Below are positions 36,708-47,881 of a DNA stretch of 64,000 bases, in pieces. How positions within the stretch are numbered: the first letter of the stretch is position 1; every line of letters starts with the position of its first letter. This stretch comes from Macrostomum lignano. Lineage: Eukaryota. Location: positions 45,790-109,789 of the forward strand of contig NIVC01003229.1 in NCBI GenBank assembly GCA_002269645.1, in the 5' to 3' direction. Under the pieces are notes generated by a model. It made no database searches. It was not told the origin of the DNA and saw only the letters and a program-made list of their open reading frames with translations. The translations under genes were made by a program, and so were the position numbers.

Positions 36708-37994
36708 TTAAACTTTACTGGATGAATTGTTGATCATGTTAAGCTTCACCTTCCTCTCAAATGCATAGATAATGTACAGGTCCACGGGTGTTGCGGTAGT
36801 CCTTTCAATGTTAGTCACGATATTCACAGGGCTGTTATCAGTAGGCATTTGTCTGGCAGACACATCAGCGCCAAACATCGGATATAGAGTTCCATATTGA
36901 AGAGCAGTGATAGCAATTCCATTGTTCTCTTTCACAGCCAAGTCGACCAACTCGCTGTAAAATTTGCTAATCTTGTTCTGACTGAAATCTCCATTTTGTG
37001 GCAGTGCAGGGTAAAGATTATCACTGATTTCATGCTGAATGGACCGCACGTCTCCATGCATGTAGCGTATGATGCTATTTGGGTTTCTCATATTAATAAT
37101 GATATACCTTGGATTGCTGCATGATCCCTCTTTAATGCAGATATTTGTTCTAGTTTCGTTTCGCTCATCTCGACACATGTAGGCTGTGTATGCAACATCA
37201 ATGTCCTTCTCTATTGCCTTAAGATAATCCGCTTTTAGTGCAGTCTTTGGCTCAATGACTTCCAAATACAGCTCGATTCCGGTTAGCTTCACCTCCATCC
37301 TTGTGTGGTCCGCCCCAGTCCACAACACTCTACTGCGATCATCTCTAGTCATCCTAAATGTGTAGCTAAAGTTACTAGTCAGTCGATTAAATGTATTACA
37401 GAATCCACTCATGAATCTCAATGGTACAAATACATCAACAGACCGATACTGCGGGTTCTTAGCAGCATCATCTGCACCTTGCAATGCATAGTTGTATCTC
37501 TTCTTCCTATTTTTATAGCCACTGTCATTGGTGTCTCCTTCTTTTTCATCTGCGATAAAACCCGCACCACTTCCCAACTGAATAAAATCAGGATTCTCGA
37601 TCAAACAATGAGCGTCATAGACAATTCCAAAGTTGGCGATTCGCTCCAACTCAGTGCTCCCATTCGATACACTAAACTCCTTGAACATGTACGCCCAAAA
37701 GTTACTGATCAGAGCCACATCCGCATCATGCTTGTCAACGTTAGCACGAGCCGCATCCGCACCACCTTTTGTCTTGAATTGAAATGTCATATGGAAGCCG
37801 CTCTTAAGACTGTGCACACTAACCAGAGACGAACATCCATTGTATGTAAATGTCAGTGTTTGACCTGGACCCAAATTAGTTTCATTCTGGTTCTCGTGAC
37901 TCGGAACTCTAACTTGTGTCGCTTTGATTGTGCTATCATCACTCAAAATAGGCTTGTTAATTTTGTAGAAAACTGGTGTCAGTGGGTCGTTCAT
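36708..37994 (-). CDS. Major capsid protein (double jelly-roll type), intact 428 aa
   Basis: Size, beta-rich sequence and Polinton MCP-like N-terminus (ILSDDSTI..NL...LTF); located next to the penton gene. Confidence 0.82.
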   Translation of the reverse strand: MNDPLTPVFYKINKPILSDDSTIKATQVRVPSHENQNETNLGPGQTLTFTYNGCSSLVSVHSLKSGFHMTFQFKTKGGADAARANVDKHDADVALISNFWAYMFKEFSVSNGSTELERIANFGIVYDAHCLIENPDFIQLGSGAGFIADEKEGDTNDSGYKNRKKRYNYALQGADDAAKNPQYRSVDVFVPLRFMSGFCNTFNRLTSNFSYTFRMTRDDRSRVLWTGADHTRMEVKLTGIELYLEVIEPKTALKADYLKAIEKDIDVAYTAYMCRDERNETRTNICIKEGSCSNPRYIIINMRNPNSIIRYMHGDVRSIQHEISDNLYPALPQNGDFSQNKISKFYSELVDLAVKENNGIAITALQYGTLYPMFGADVSARQMPTDNSPVNIVTNIERTTATPVDLYIIYAFERKVKLNMINNSSSKV

Positions 37995-38024
37995 TTTTTA
38001 ACTAAAAATAAAATAAAATAAGAA

Positions 38025-39239
38025 ATGAAGCGGAAAAGTTCATATCATATCTCTGAACTAGAAAAGCTGGCGCAAGCAGAGAAACGAGTTACCGGACTAA
38101 TCAACAAAGAACAACAATCTTACAATGAATTCGTCCAAGCAGCCACCGAATTTCACAAACCTGGATACACAGAAGCGAAGAAAAACATCGACACTGTGAA
38201 GGAAACAATTGATGATATTCAAGAGAGCCAGTTGCAAAACACATTGGGTAAAATCCCATCTTCACCGGGACAACCACAGGCTCAGCAACCAGGACAACCA
38301 GTGCAGATGAAAGTGACGGATAACTTTTTTGGCCCCGTAACGGATGATGGAAAATATATATTTGGAATTAGCGCCTGGCGAAAAAATATCACCGGGGAAC
38401 CGGCGGATTACAACATTGAAGTGACGAAGGAAACTATTTCAATCAATAAAGGCGCAGAAACTAAACGAATCCCCTTCACTCAAAGTTTACTCGACTACAT
38501 GACTAAAAATCAGGAAAAAATATCCGAGAAGCAATTAAAGAATTATAGAGATCTGGTTACCTTCGCTTTAGAGAGGGACATAGACATTCTCAAGAACAAC
38601 GGTGTTTTGAAAGTTTTACATGAAAACAGGATTGACTTGAACAGGTTTAGAAAATACAAATACTTTAAACAATGGTTTGGTTTGCCGGATCAAGAAGAGG
38701 TCATAAGACAACAACCACAACAACCACAGCCACAACAGCAGCAACCACAACAGCAGCAACCAAAACAACAACTACAACAACCACAACAGCAGCAACCACA
38801 AACACAACCACAACCACAACAACCTCCACCGCCACAGCAACAAATCACACCCGAACAAGTACTAGAAGCGCTTGAAAAAGCAGGGCCAAATGAGATTTCC
38901 CAGTACAAAGATACAAACCCTGATACTTGGCGACAATTAGAGCGGCTCTCCCCAGAACGAATGAAGCGAATCAATGACAGAGTATTCACACCTCAACAAA
39001 GACAAGCGCCACATGACAGTTCCTCCTCTGACCAATCATTCGAATCACCTCCAAGCTCTTCCGGAAAAGGCATGCCTGAATTCTACAAGCGGTTAGCTGT
39101 TCTTCTAGGAGCGGCAAAGACCGGAATGAAAGACGAGAATAGAAAAGAATTTGTCAACATCCTGGACAAAATGCTTGAGAGAAAATATATCGATAAAAGA
39201 GCAAGAGAACTTTTGCTTTCACGGTTTAACAAAAAATAA
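38025..39239 (+). CDS. 404-aa Polinton protein with poly-Q/P linker and C-terminal helical motif
   Basis: Intact ORF; C-terminal RLAVLLGAAKTG..EFVNILDKML resembles a motif I recall from Polinton accessory proteins. Confidence 0.7.
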   Translation: MKRKSSYHISELEKLAQAEKRVTGLINKEQQSYNEFVQAATEFHKPGYTEAKKNIDTVKETIDDIQESQLQNTLGKIPSSPGQPQAQQPGQPVQMKVTDNFFGPVTDDGKYIFGISAWRKNITGEPADYNIEVTKETISINKGAETKRIPFTQSLLDYMTKNQEKISEKQLKNYRDLVTFALERDIDILKNNGVLKVLHENRIDLNRFRKYKYFKQWFGLPDQEEVIRQQPQQPQPQQQQPQQQQPKQQLQQPQQQQPQTQPQPQQPPPPQQQITPEQVLEALEKAGPNEISQYKDTNPDTWRQLERLSPERMKRINDRVFTPQQRQAPHDSSSSDQSFESPPSSSGKGMPEFYKRLAVLLGAAKTGMKDENRKEFVNILDKMLERKYIDKRARELLLSRFNKK

Positions 39240-39255
39240 ATTTCTATTTAAAAAG

Positions 39256-39621
39256 ATGCCAATTATTTTCGAAAAAGACATTGACAAATACTACGACAAA
39301 GAGGAACTTAATCTCATTAAACGCGGATCTGGACTTTTCCCTGCAGGCCACTATCCAAGAAAAGAACGCTCTGGGAATGGCCTTGCTGATTTGATCGCTC
39401 AAGGGGCCAAGATTTTTAAGGTCATTGGAGAGAACAAAGAGAACATCAAGAACGTTGCCGAAGCGGCTGGCAGTGTAGCCACAGCAGCCAAAAAGATTAA
39501 AGATACGTAAAACCTAAACGATATTCAACCCCTTGCACCGAGTGCAGATAGTGTCGATCCAGCCATCTACGCAAAGATGAGAGCTGAATATAAGAAAGGA
39601 GGCGGTTTTAAATTTGACTAA
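39256..39621 (+). CDS. Small amphipathic virion-core/membrane-active-like protein (in-frame TAA at ~39508)
   Basis: GSG, GNG and GGG motifs; GLADLIAQGAKIFKVIG amphipathic helix; a second partial copy at 40316-40594. Confidence 0.6.
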
Positions 39622-39776
39622 TTTGGTGCACCCTGACGGTAAAAGAGGTGTGAGGGTGTAGGACTAGTCGGATGTAGGACTAGTCGAAAAAAGACACACA
39701 CATACACATCCCGAAAAAAAGACACACGCGTCTTAAATACACAAGTTTAAAAAGAAAAAGTTTTTTTACATAAAAA

Positions 39777-41467
39777 ATGGACTTCACAAACGACTTTCAT
39801 CCCCACTGGACACGCAATCAGATAAAATTTGCTCACAACGAGATAATTCCAGGGCACTTCCGATGCATTGTTGTTGGCTCATCTGGGTCAGGGAAAACCT
39901 TCAGAGTTTTTAACATGCTCCTCAGACCTGGATTCCTCGATTATGACACACTACATATCTATTCACCCACTCTGTATCAAGATGAGTATAAAATGCTAGT
40001 AGCGGGCCTACAGAACAAACTCAACAAGGAAGATATTATTCAATGTTTTAGACATCAAAAAGACCTCAACAGCAACCCGGAAGTTGTAGCCACTGAATAC
40101 GCAAAGCACATCCCAGACAATGAAAAATGGCAAAATATTAAAGTTTTCACTTATGGAGATCCACAGATAGATCCTAAAACTAAACTCTTACCTCAACCTG
40201 ATGAACTAGAAAAGGGGAGAAAGCACCTGATTGTCTTTGATGACTGCATGACCGGTCCCAGAAACAGATAGAAAATTATTTCACCCGGGGTAGACACAAT
40301 AACTGCAATGTTATTAATCTCATTAAACGCGGATCTGGACTTTTCCCTGCAGGCCACTATCCAAGAAAAGAACGCTCTGGTGGCCTTGATTTGATCGCTG
40401 GGGCCAAGATTTTTAAGGTCATTGGAGAGAACAAAGAGAACATCAAGAACGTTGCCGAAGCGGCTGGCAGTGTAGCCACAGCAGCCAAAAAGATTAAAGA
40501 TAATTATGCACCGAGTGCAGATAGTGTCGATCCAGCCATCTACGCAAAGATGAGAGCTGAATATAAGAAAGGAGGCGGTTTTAAATTTGACTAATTTGGT
40601 GCACCCTGACGGTAAAAGAGGTGTGAGGGTGTAGGACTAGTCGGATGTAGGACTAGTCGACAGGACACACGCGTCTTAAATACACAAGTTTAAAAAGAAA
40701 AAGTTTTTTTACATGGACTTCACAAACGACTTTCATATAATCAGAGTCATTGCACTTCCGATGCATTGTTGTTGGCTCATCTGGGTCAGGGAAAACCTTC
40801 AGAGTTTTTAACATGCTCCTCAGACCTGGATTCCTCGATTATGACACACTACATATCTATTCACCCACTCTGTATCAAGATGAGTATAAAATGCTAGTAG
40901 CGGGCCTACAGAACAAACTCAACAAGGAAGATATTATTCAATGTTTTAGACATCAAAAGACCTCAACAGCAACCCGGAAGTTGTAGCCACTGAATACGCA
41001 AAGCACATCCCAGACAATGAAAAATGGCAAAATATTAAAGTTTTCACTTATGGAGATCCACAGATAGATCCTAAAACTAAACTCTTACCTCAACCTGATG
41101 AACTAGAAAAGGGGAGAAAGCACCTGATTGATGACTGCATGACCGGTCCCAGAAACAGATAGAAAATTATTTCACCCGGGGTAGACACAATAACTGCAAT
41201 GTTATTTACATTGCCCAAAACTGGTTTGAACTGCCAAATAAAACAATTAGAGGTAACTGTAATTTGATTCTCCTTTTCCCAACCATACCACAGGATCGAC
41301 TGAAACGATTTTATAATGAGGTCATTGCCCCAGCTCACATTACATATCCAGCTAAGAACTCTAACAGAACAATATCACAGGAGGAATTTGTTAACATATG
41401 CTATGAAAAGTGGAACCAACCCTATCAGTTTGTCATGATTAATAAGGAGAAAAGAATTTTACTTTAA
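39777..41467 (+). CDS. A32/FtsK-like packaging ATPase, split by an internal tandem duplication and frameshifts
   Basis: Walker A GSSGSGKT, Walker B LIVFDD, then TRGRHNNCNVIYIAQ..LP..IRGN. Confidence 0.92.
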
Positions 41468-41483
41468 TTTTTCATTTAAAAAA

Positions 41484-42260
41484 ATGTCTATTAATTTTGG
41501 TGAGTCAACTACAGGCAACAGCACTCTCACAACTTCCTTCCTTGACAAGCGCTACATTAACACTGATGAAGAGATCCCAGAGATCAAACTGAATAAAAAC
41601 AGACTGAAAGCCCTAGAGCGCTCCATGCACCAGTTGCAAATAAACATGGAAGATCTCAGGCTTAAAGTAGCTAGGCAGAAGTTTGAAAGTGATAAGCTTT
41701 ATGTGCCGTTGTTAAACGCAACTAATGAACTAAGGTCAGAAATAACTTCGATAGTCTCGCTAATCAACGGCTTAAGATCGACAGTTAATCTTCTGGGAAA
41801 TTCCACTGATAGACGGATGCGTATTCTTGAAGGAGGAGTTTTCACAAACACAGCTAAAGTAAATAATTTAGAAGAGTTCATGAACCAGTCAACAGCGTTG
41901 CATGATAGAATTAGAGAAAACGTCGCAACCAACACAGGTAAAGTGAGGAATTTAGAAGAGTTCATGACTCAGTCAACAGCGTTGCATGATCGAATCAAAG
42001 AAAGACTTGAAGCATTAAAGAGAAAGGATGTATCACACAGTAGCTATCTAAACGGAATGTATAGCGCTTGGGGTAAAATAATAAGGAGGCTTGATCGTCT
42101 GGAGAGAACACTCAATCTTCGTGATATTGCTATTGATGAAGCAGAATCTACTGCTCGTCCGGTCATGTCTATTAATGAAATTATCGAATTTCATCAAAAT
42201 CAAATCAAATCAAAAGAAAACAGGTCTTTTTTCAAAACAATAGATCTTCAAACCGGATAG
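41484..42260 (+). CDS. 258-aa coiled-coil protein (fibre/spike candidate)
   Basis: Heptad-rich; internal 25-aa repeat NTxKVxNLEEFMxQSTALHDRI. Confidence 0.6.
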   Translation: MSINFGESTTGNSTLTTSFLDKRYINTDEEIPEIKLNKNRLKALERSMHQLQINMEDLRLKVARQKFESDKLYVPLLNATNELRSEITSIVSLINGLRSTVNLLGNSTDRRMRILEGGVFTNTAKVNNLEEFMNQSTALHDRIRENVATNTGKVRNLEEFMTQSTALHDRIKERLEALKRKDVSHSSYLNGMYSAWGKIIRRLDRLERTLNLRDIAIDEAESTARPVMSINEIIEFHQNQIKSKENRSFFKTIDLQTG

Positions 42261-42294
42261 TTTTGTAATTTTTTTATTTTTTCTAGGGAAAAAA

Positions 42295-42995
42295 ACCCAA
42301 CAAAATTCTCTATACGATCAGTCTCAATACGCTGAACCTAAAATACCGACAGCACCAAACCCAATGGACCGAATTCGAACACACAAAGCCTGAATGCACC
42401 GAATCTGAATGCACCTCAATATGAGCAACAAAAACTCTACCCCGTCATTTCATGTAACTCTCAACAGTTTCGACTGGTGGAGATTCAAAAAATGCGAGAT
42501 GATCTTGAAAAAAATATTTTCCACAACACAAAGAAAATTAAGCGCTATGACAGCCACTGTAAATTTTTCGACTACAGCAATATGATTCTAGGATCTGTGT
42601 CTGTTCTATCTGGATCTGCTGCAGCTGTCTCAACGTTGCCAGTCATCACAGCCCCAATCGCAATTCCGCTCGGCTCTGTGGGTGCTGCATGTGGACTTAT
42701 TTCAGCAATTACTGGAGCATTAGCGCGAAACAGGCGAAAAAAACTAAAGCAGCTACAGGAGAAGCAAGTAAAAGAGAAAGGGGTGCACACTTCAATCATA
42801 GGGTACATTTCAAGGGCAATCGAGGATAAGTTCATTTCAGAGGATGAGTTCAAAACCATTCAGGATCTTTATGAACAATCAATTCGAATGAACTTGAACA
42901 TGGTCGGTACTGATGACATGAGTCAGCTGAGAAATGAACTCGAGAAAGTTCTTCAACATTATGCGGAAAGAAAGTCGGCAAGAAATGCACAATGA
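42295..42995 (+). CDS. Polinton PX-like hydrophobic membrane protein; 5' end disrupted
   Basis: LYP..FRL..I..., two hydrophobic segments, basic stretch, ISRAIEDKFISEDEF. Confidence 0.75.
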
Positions 42996-42999
42996 ACCC

Positions 43000-43407
43000 C
43001 TATGAAACACAGCCTAGAATAATTTCCTTGTAGGTCTTTCGTGTTTTGGTCATTGCATACAAAACAGTCATGCACAGCTCACCGCAAATATCACTGCTAA
43101 GACCTTGGAGAATAAAGTCTGAGCGATAAATTTTTTTATTATTTTTTCCCTTCATATAATTTCTTAGCTCTTCTGGTACTGCCGTCCCATAGCTATCGAA
43201 GTAATAACACTTGTGCTTGCGATCGGGATCAATCACCCAGCAAACCCAATGAGATCCTGGCTTATCAGTGCTGTCAAAGTTCATGATGCCGCATTCTTTT
43301 CTTAGAGGAAAATCAGGCAGAGTGTCCCTCATAAATACGAGTATTCCTCTAAAGTTTGGGATTTCCAGTTCGTTAGCCAAATCTTCAAGAAAGTTATTTG
43401 TTGTCAT
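43000..43407 (-). CDS. Adenain/Ulp1-like cysteine maturation protease, intact
   Basis: GSHWV, YYFDSYG, Q and ICG catalytic motifs. Confidence 0.93.
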   Translation of the reverse strand: MTTNNFLEDLANELEIPNFRGILVFMRDTLPDFPLRKECGIMNFDSTDKPGSHWVCWVIDPDRKHKCYYFDSYGTAVPEELRNYMKGKNNKKIYRSDFILQGLSSDICGELCMTVLYAMTKTRKTYKEIILGCVS

Positions 43408-43480
43408 TTTTTATGAGGTTTATTCAACTTTCTCTTAAACCTAAACCCAATCTCAACCTCCTAAACCCAACCTCCTAAGC

Positions 43481-46268
43481 CTAATCTCCACCTCCTAAAC
43501 CTAATCTCCAGTGCCCGAACGGCAGACTGTTGATATTGTCATCAAAAATGAATCTCTTGTTATCTGCACCTGACAATCCAATCTTCTTTTGCTGAATTGT
43601 GTGAATAATATGGTTTTTAGATTGTAGCTTTGAGAACTCATGTGATGTCTTTTTGTTACAATTCAAGGCGTCTCTGTATTCAGCTTCATTAAGTTCCTTC
43701 CTAACCACACGTTTCGGAATTCCCTTTGATTTTTTAATTGGGTCTGACGACTCACATTTTACAAAATAGGACTTTGCTCTCAACCCAATGAATTCAGTGA
43801 TTATGTCACCAGCAATCTCGTCCTTCATTTTCCCAATCACTTTCTTGTTAGTAGCGTCAAACACTTGATCGCCATTCTGTGTCCTGAAAGATCATCATAC
43901 TCAGACAAGTCAAACAAATCTTTTTGCTGCAGCATGTCCTGATAAATGTCTTCTGTTTGAATGTCCATAATGAAACTGTCTGTGTCAGTGTACAAAGTTT
44001 CATTTTATCCTTGTACTGCTGCTTCATGCCATAGAAGAACTGGTACATCAGACGTTTTGATTCGTCGAGAACAGTGACACCTGTATAGATCGGCTTGCGC
44101 AGCGTCACCTTGGTTTTGTAAAATATGATCACACCTAAGTAGCTATTAAAGATATGGAGTTCTTTGAATGTTGGCTTTGACATATTTGCCTGAATAACAG
44201 CAGGCTCTGATGAGGTAACAAGTTTCAGGTTTGTTCTTTTCCGCTCATTCTCAAGAGTCTTGCCATAGACGGAGTTGTTGGCTAACTTAAAGAGGTTCTT
44301 GTCAAAGTCGTTGGTTGCTTTGGTCCTAAACTGGGTGTTCTTATCAATGTAGGGTTTCATCCACGCTTCCTCTGTAAATGTAAGAGCCCTGTGAACTTTG
44401 GTGACCCTGCAACCCAGTGAGATAAAATACTGAAGCAGTTTGTAATGGATTTTGTAACGTGTCTTGTTGTTTAGATTCTGTGTTAGTTTCTCTGTATGTT
44501 CTTTTTCTGTTCCTGACAGGTGCCAAGTTCCATTATTATCATTGGGAGTTTCGATTATTTTCGGGCACTTAATGTTCTCTGGGAAGGGTGGAAAGTCAGA
44601 GAAATAGTCGTGAAGCTCTGTGGAATGTAAACATCAACCTCATAAATGGCAGCCAATGAAAAGTCCCACTTTAGTTCTGATGAGGGTAGCCATCGAAAAT
44701 CTCTAACTGGAAGATCTTGACTCATCGCCCACCCGTAGAGATTATTAGCGTCCAAGTAAGTAATGTAGTTTGAGGGTTGCTCCTTATTGTAAGATTCAAT
44801 GTAGGGATTGTTTGCTTTTGCATACCTGTTAACGCAAATTGAGATCCCCCTCGCTTTGACGATTCGACAAAATTGTACATGTCAATGTCTGTAAGAAGTT
44901 CAATGTACCAATCTGGATCTTGATCCCATTTCATTTTAAGCAAAGATTCCCAGCTAGTGGCGGGCAGAGACACATAATGTGCTGGATCGAGGCCATATGC
45001 TGTGTACCAGGTGTCTCTGAAGGTTTCAAACACATCGGCCAGCAGAAACACATCTGTGTAGAGGTAAAGCAGGTGATACTGGAAAAAGTTTTGACAATTA
45101 AAGTAATTATAGACATGCTTCGCGTGCTCATAGTCTTTGTCAGAGATTCCAGAGTCTGTTAGCTTTGAAAAGAACTTTTCTTGTGGTGGTAAACCATCTT
45201 CAAATACGTGATACCCAGTAATATTTTCATAGGGGTAGAAGCCTTTCTTTCTTAAAAGTTTAAATGATTCATCACTGTTGTTAATTTGACTTGAAAATAT
45301 CTTTGTATATGTACATTGTTCATCTTTTAGATTCTTGCTTAGTTCGTCTAGACTGGCAGCTAGAAATTGATATGAATCCTTCAGTCTTATTTTACCTGTA
45401 ATTGAATTATCCTGTTTAATATCAACACACTTAAACTTCTCCTTGTTCTCTGCGATGCAATCAAGGTGTATGTCTGGAATCATGCCGATTTTTTCAACTA
45501 TTAAATGCATGTCATAGTTCTTTGCGTTGTGACAAAATATCGTTAGATCATGAATGTTCGATTTTAGCTTTAAATTACAGGTGTTATGCGCTGCGCCTCT
45601 AAATTTCCCAGTAAAGTGGCAGTGGTCCCTAACGGTGGGGTTTTTTAAATCAGTGCAAGTTAAATGTTTCCTGCAGATGTGGCAATGAGTTGCTGATAGG
45701 AAATTGCTTTCATCCTCCTCATACATACTTATTGGAACAGGTTGAAGGGTGCTAATCACTTTTTGCAGCTCTAACATTCTGGCAATAAACTGCTCCACAC
45801 ACTGCTCTCCAAAGAAATAATTATACTCAACAAGTCCTTTTGTAGTAATAAAGGCATATGCTACTGAGTTGGGGACATGTTTTTGAGTTTGAGTTTGTTT
45901 TTTGAGTATGAGTTTGTTTTTGAGTCTCTGGCACGATTGAGCATTCGAAATCAGCATATACAACAAATGGGAGCTTCTCCATCTTGTGATAGTTCTTAAA
46001 ACGGAGATACTTCTCTTCAGCTGAAGGAAGAGAGCAGTTTGTCGGGTGATCCTCGCATGATAATTCATGGATTTTTTATAGGCGCATACTGGTTGGATTC
46101 TAATTGTTTGATGATTTCCAACTGTTTTTCATAGCTTCCCAGGTGACCGGGGTCGGTGTTAAACTTTTGTTTACATGCTTCTCTTAGTAAATTACTTTTG
46201 TCTTGAAATGAGACGCCTTTTGAAAAATGTTTGTTGACTAAATCTTTTGCTGGATTACCTTTTGGCAT
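43481..46268 (-). CDS. polB: Protein-primed family B DNA polymerase, several frameshifts
   Basis: VVYADFE (ExoI), HNAKNYD (ExoII), KGFYPY, YTDVFLLADVFETFR, DANNLYGWAM, KLANNSVYGK, YTDTDS, KSY; endonuclease-VII-like CHIC..DHCH..AHNTCN. Confidence 0.95.
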
Positions 46269-46392
46269 TTTTTTCTCTAAAATAAACAAAATTTTTGAGG
46301 GTGACCACCCTGATAGAAAAGTTGAACTGTTTCTACATCCTATAAGTAGCGCTAGGTTTATGAAGCTGGATAAAGTGGGGTTTTAAACCTCA

Positions 46393-46839
46393 TCACATCC
46401 GCATTATTGTAAACCCAGCATTGTGTAGTGTCATGATTGCTTTGACAATGTCAGACTTGCTTACAGAATTTTCATGCTCACAATCATCAAAATCCGGGCA
46501 GCCCTCTCCTGCCTTAATTGTTATACCTTTATCTCTTGCAATCTTTTGCAATTCCAGCTGGTGGGCTCTATCATTACCAGCTTTAACAGCAGTTGCTACA
46601 CCTCCAGCTACACCACCTGCGGCACTTACAGCGCCTGCAATGATCGGAATAAGAGCTGCTAATGGTAGGATTCCTCCTGACTTTTCATCTGTGATGCTGT
46701 GTCTTTGCTCATTACACTGAACTATTTGCTGCACGGGATCGACTTTTACTTTGGCACCTTTAATTGATATAAGACCTGGTTTCTTTGATTCAATGATTTT
46801 ATTGAGTTTATTGAGGGTTCTAGTTTCAATCTTTGTCAT
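46393..46839 (-). CDS. 148-aa adenovirus pX-like core/membrane protein
   Basis: SGGILPLAALIPIIAGAVSAAGGVA resembles the adenovirus pX C-terminus (GGILPLLIPLIAAAIGAVPGIASVA, recalled from memory). Confidence 0.7.
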   Translation of the reverse strand: MTKIETRTLNKLNKIIESKKPGLISIKGAKVKVDPVQQIVQCNEQRHSITDEKSGGILPLAALIPIIAGAVSAAGGVAGGVATAVKAGNDRAHQLELQKIARDKGITIKAGEGCPDFDDCEHENSVSKSDIVKAIMTLHNAGFTIMRM

Positions 46840-46855
46840 TTTTTATTTTAATATT

Positions 46856-47851
46856 TTAATTAATTTCCGTGTCAGCTGGTATCATTAGGAGTTCAGCTCT
46901 AGTGAATGACCGCGTGGGGGATTTAGGGTTAAAGGCCTGAGATAAAAAGTAATAGTCACCGGAGTCGGAGGTAAAATGTCTGTCTATTTTATGTACATCA
47001 AGGCTGAAGTATGGATCTGTAGCTCTTCTTTTGGTGTCCTTCTCTAGCTCTCCAGGTAGATATAAAAAGCGTAGAAACTCAGAGTTTGTCAGTATGTATG
47101 GTGATTCAACTCCTGGAAGCTTAGGGTAGTTCGAGGTGTCTGTTCTATGAGATGACTTAAGTTCGACAGTGTCTTGTTTAATTGCATGGGATGGTTTCAA
47201 TCCAGTCATGCGTGTGACTTCATTGTTCAGTTGCTCTATAACAGTGGGGAGCCGGTCTGTCCACTTGGTATAGTACTGACCACCTTTTAGTTTCAGCTCT
47301 TCAGCTGTCTGCTTTGTGAATAGTCTCTTGGCTAGAGTTAGATTGAATCTTTCCACAAAAGCCTGGTCTCTGTGGAGCTCAGTTCTGCCATAGCGAATTT
47401 TTGCGTCATACTTATGTAGAAGTGATTTCACTGCCCCAAAGAATTCTTTACCCGGGTCCGTCATAAAGATTTGGGGGTATGTGAGCGGAGAGTTTTTATA
47501 AATATCTTGGAGGGCGGCTGCAACTGCTTCTGACTTCTTCGTCTTAAGCGGTCTCGCTTCCTTATATCTGGAGGCAACGTCTGTAATTGTAAGAGCATAC
47601 TTGTAGCCTGAGTCGTTGGGGAGAAACAAAAGATCTGCTTGGTGCGCTTCATTAGGTTTATAGATGCTAAAGTGAGGTCTTGTAAATTTTACTGGTGGGA
47701 AATAGACTTGAAAGAGAGCCTGCTTAGAGAGCCATTTTTCTACTGTAGCTTTTGGTTCCTTACTCAGCTCCATGAGTTTACTAACGGCATTTTTGCCTAC
47801 AAAGAATCCTTTGTCGCTGTAGTAGAGTTTTTTAAGTTTCTGATCTGTCAT
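46856..47851 (-). CDS. int: Retroviral-type DDE integrase, intact 331 aa
   Basis: HQADL, MTDPGKEF, VERFN. Confidence 0.95.
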   Translation of the reverse strand: MTDQKLKKLYYSDKGFFVGKNAVSKLMELSKEPKATVEKWLSKQALFQVYFPPVKFTRPHFSIYKPNEAHQADLLFLPNDSGYKYALTITDVASRYKEARPLKTKKSEAVAAALQDIYKNSPLTYPQIFMTDPGKEFFGAVKSLLHKYDAKIRYGRTELHRDQAFVERFNLTLAKRLFTKQTAEELKLKGGQYYTKWTDRLPTVIEQLNNEVTRMTGLKPSHAIKQDTVELKSSHRTDTSNYPKLPGVESPYILTNSEFLRFLYLPGELEKDTKRRATDPYFSLDVHKIDRHFTSDSGDYYFLSQAFNPKSPTRSFTRAELLMIPADTEIN

Positions 47852-47881
47852 TTATTTAAAAAGAAAATTTTAAATAAAATA

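Noticed and set aside
37305-38021. 238-aa antisense ORF over MCP, and other antisense ORFs over Polinton and retroelement genes
   Set aside because: Shadow frames of real genes; no motifs.
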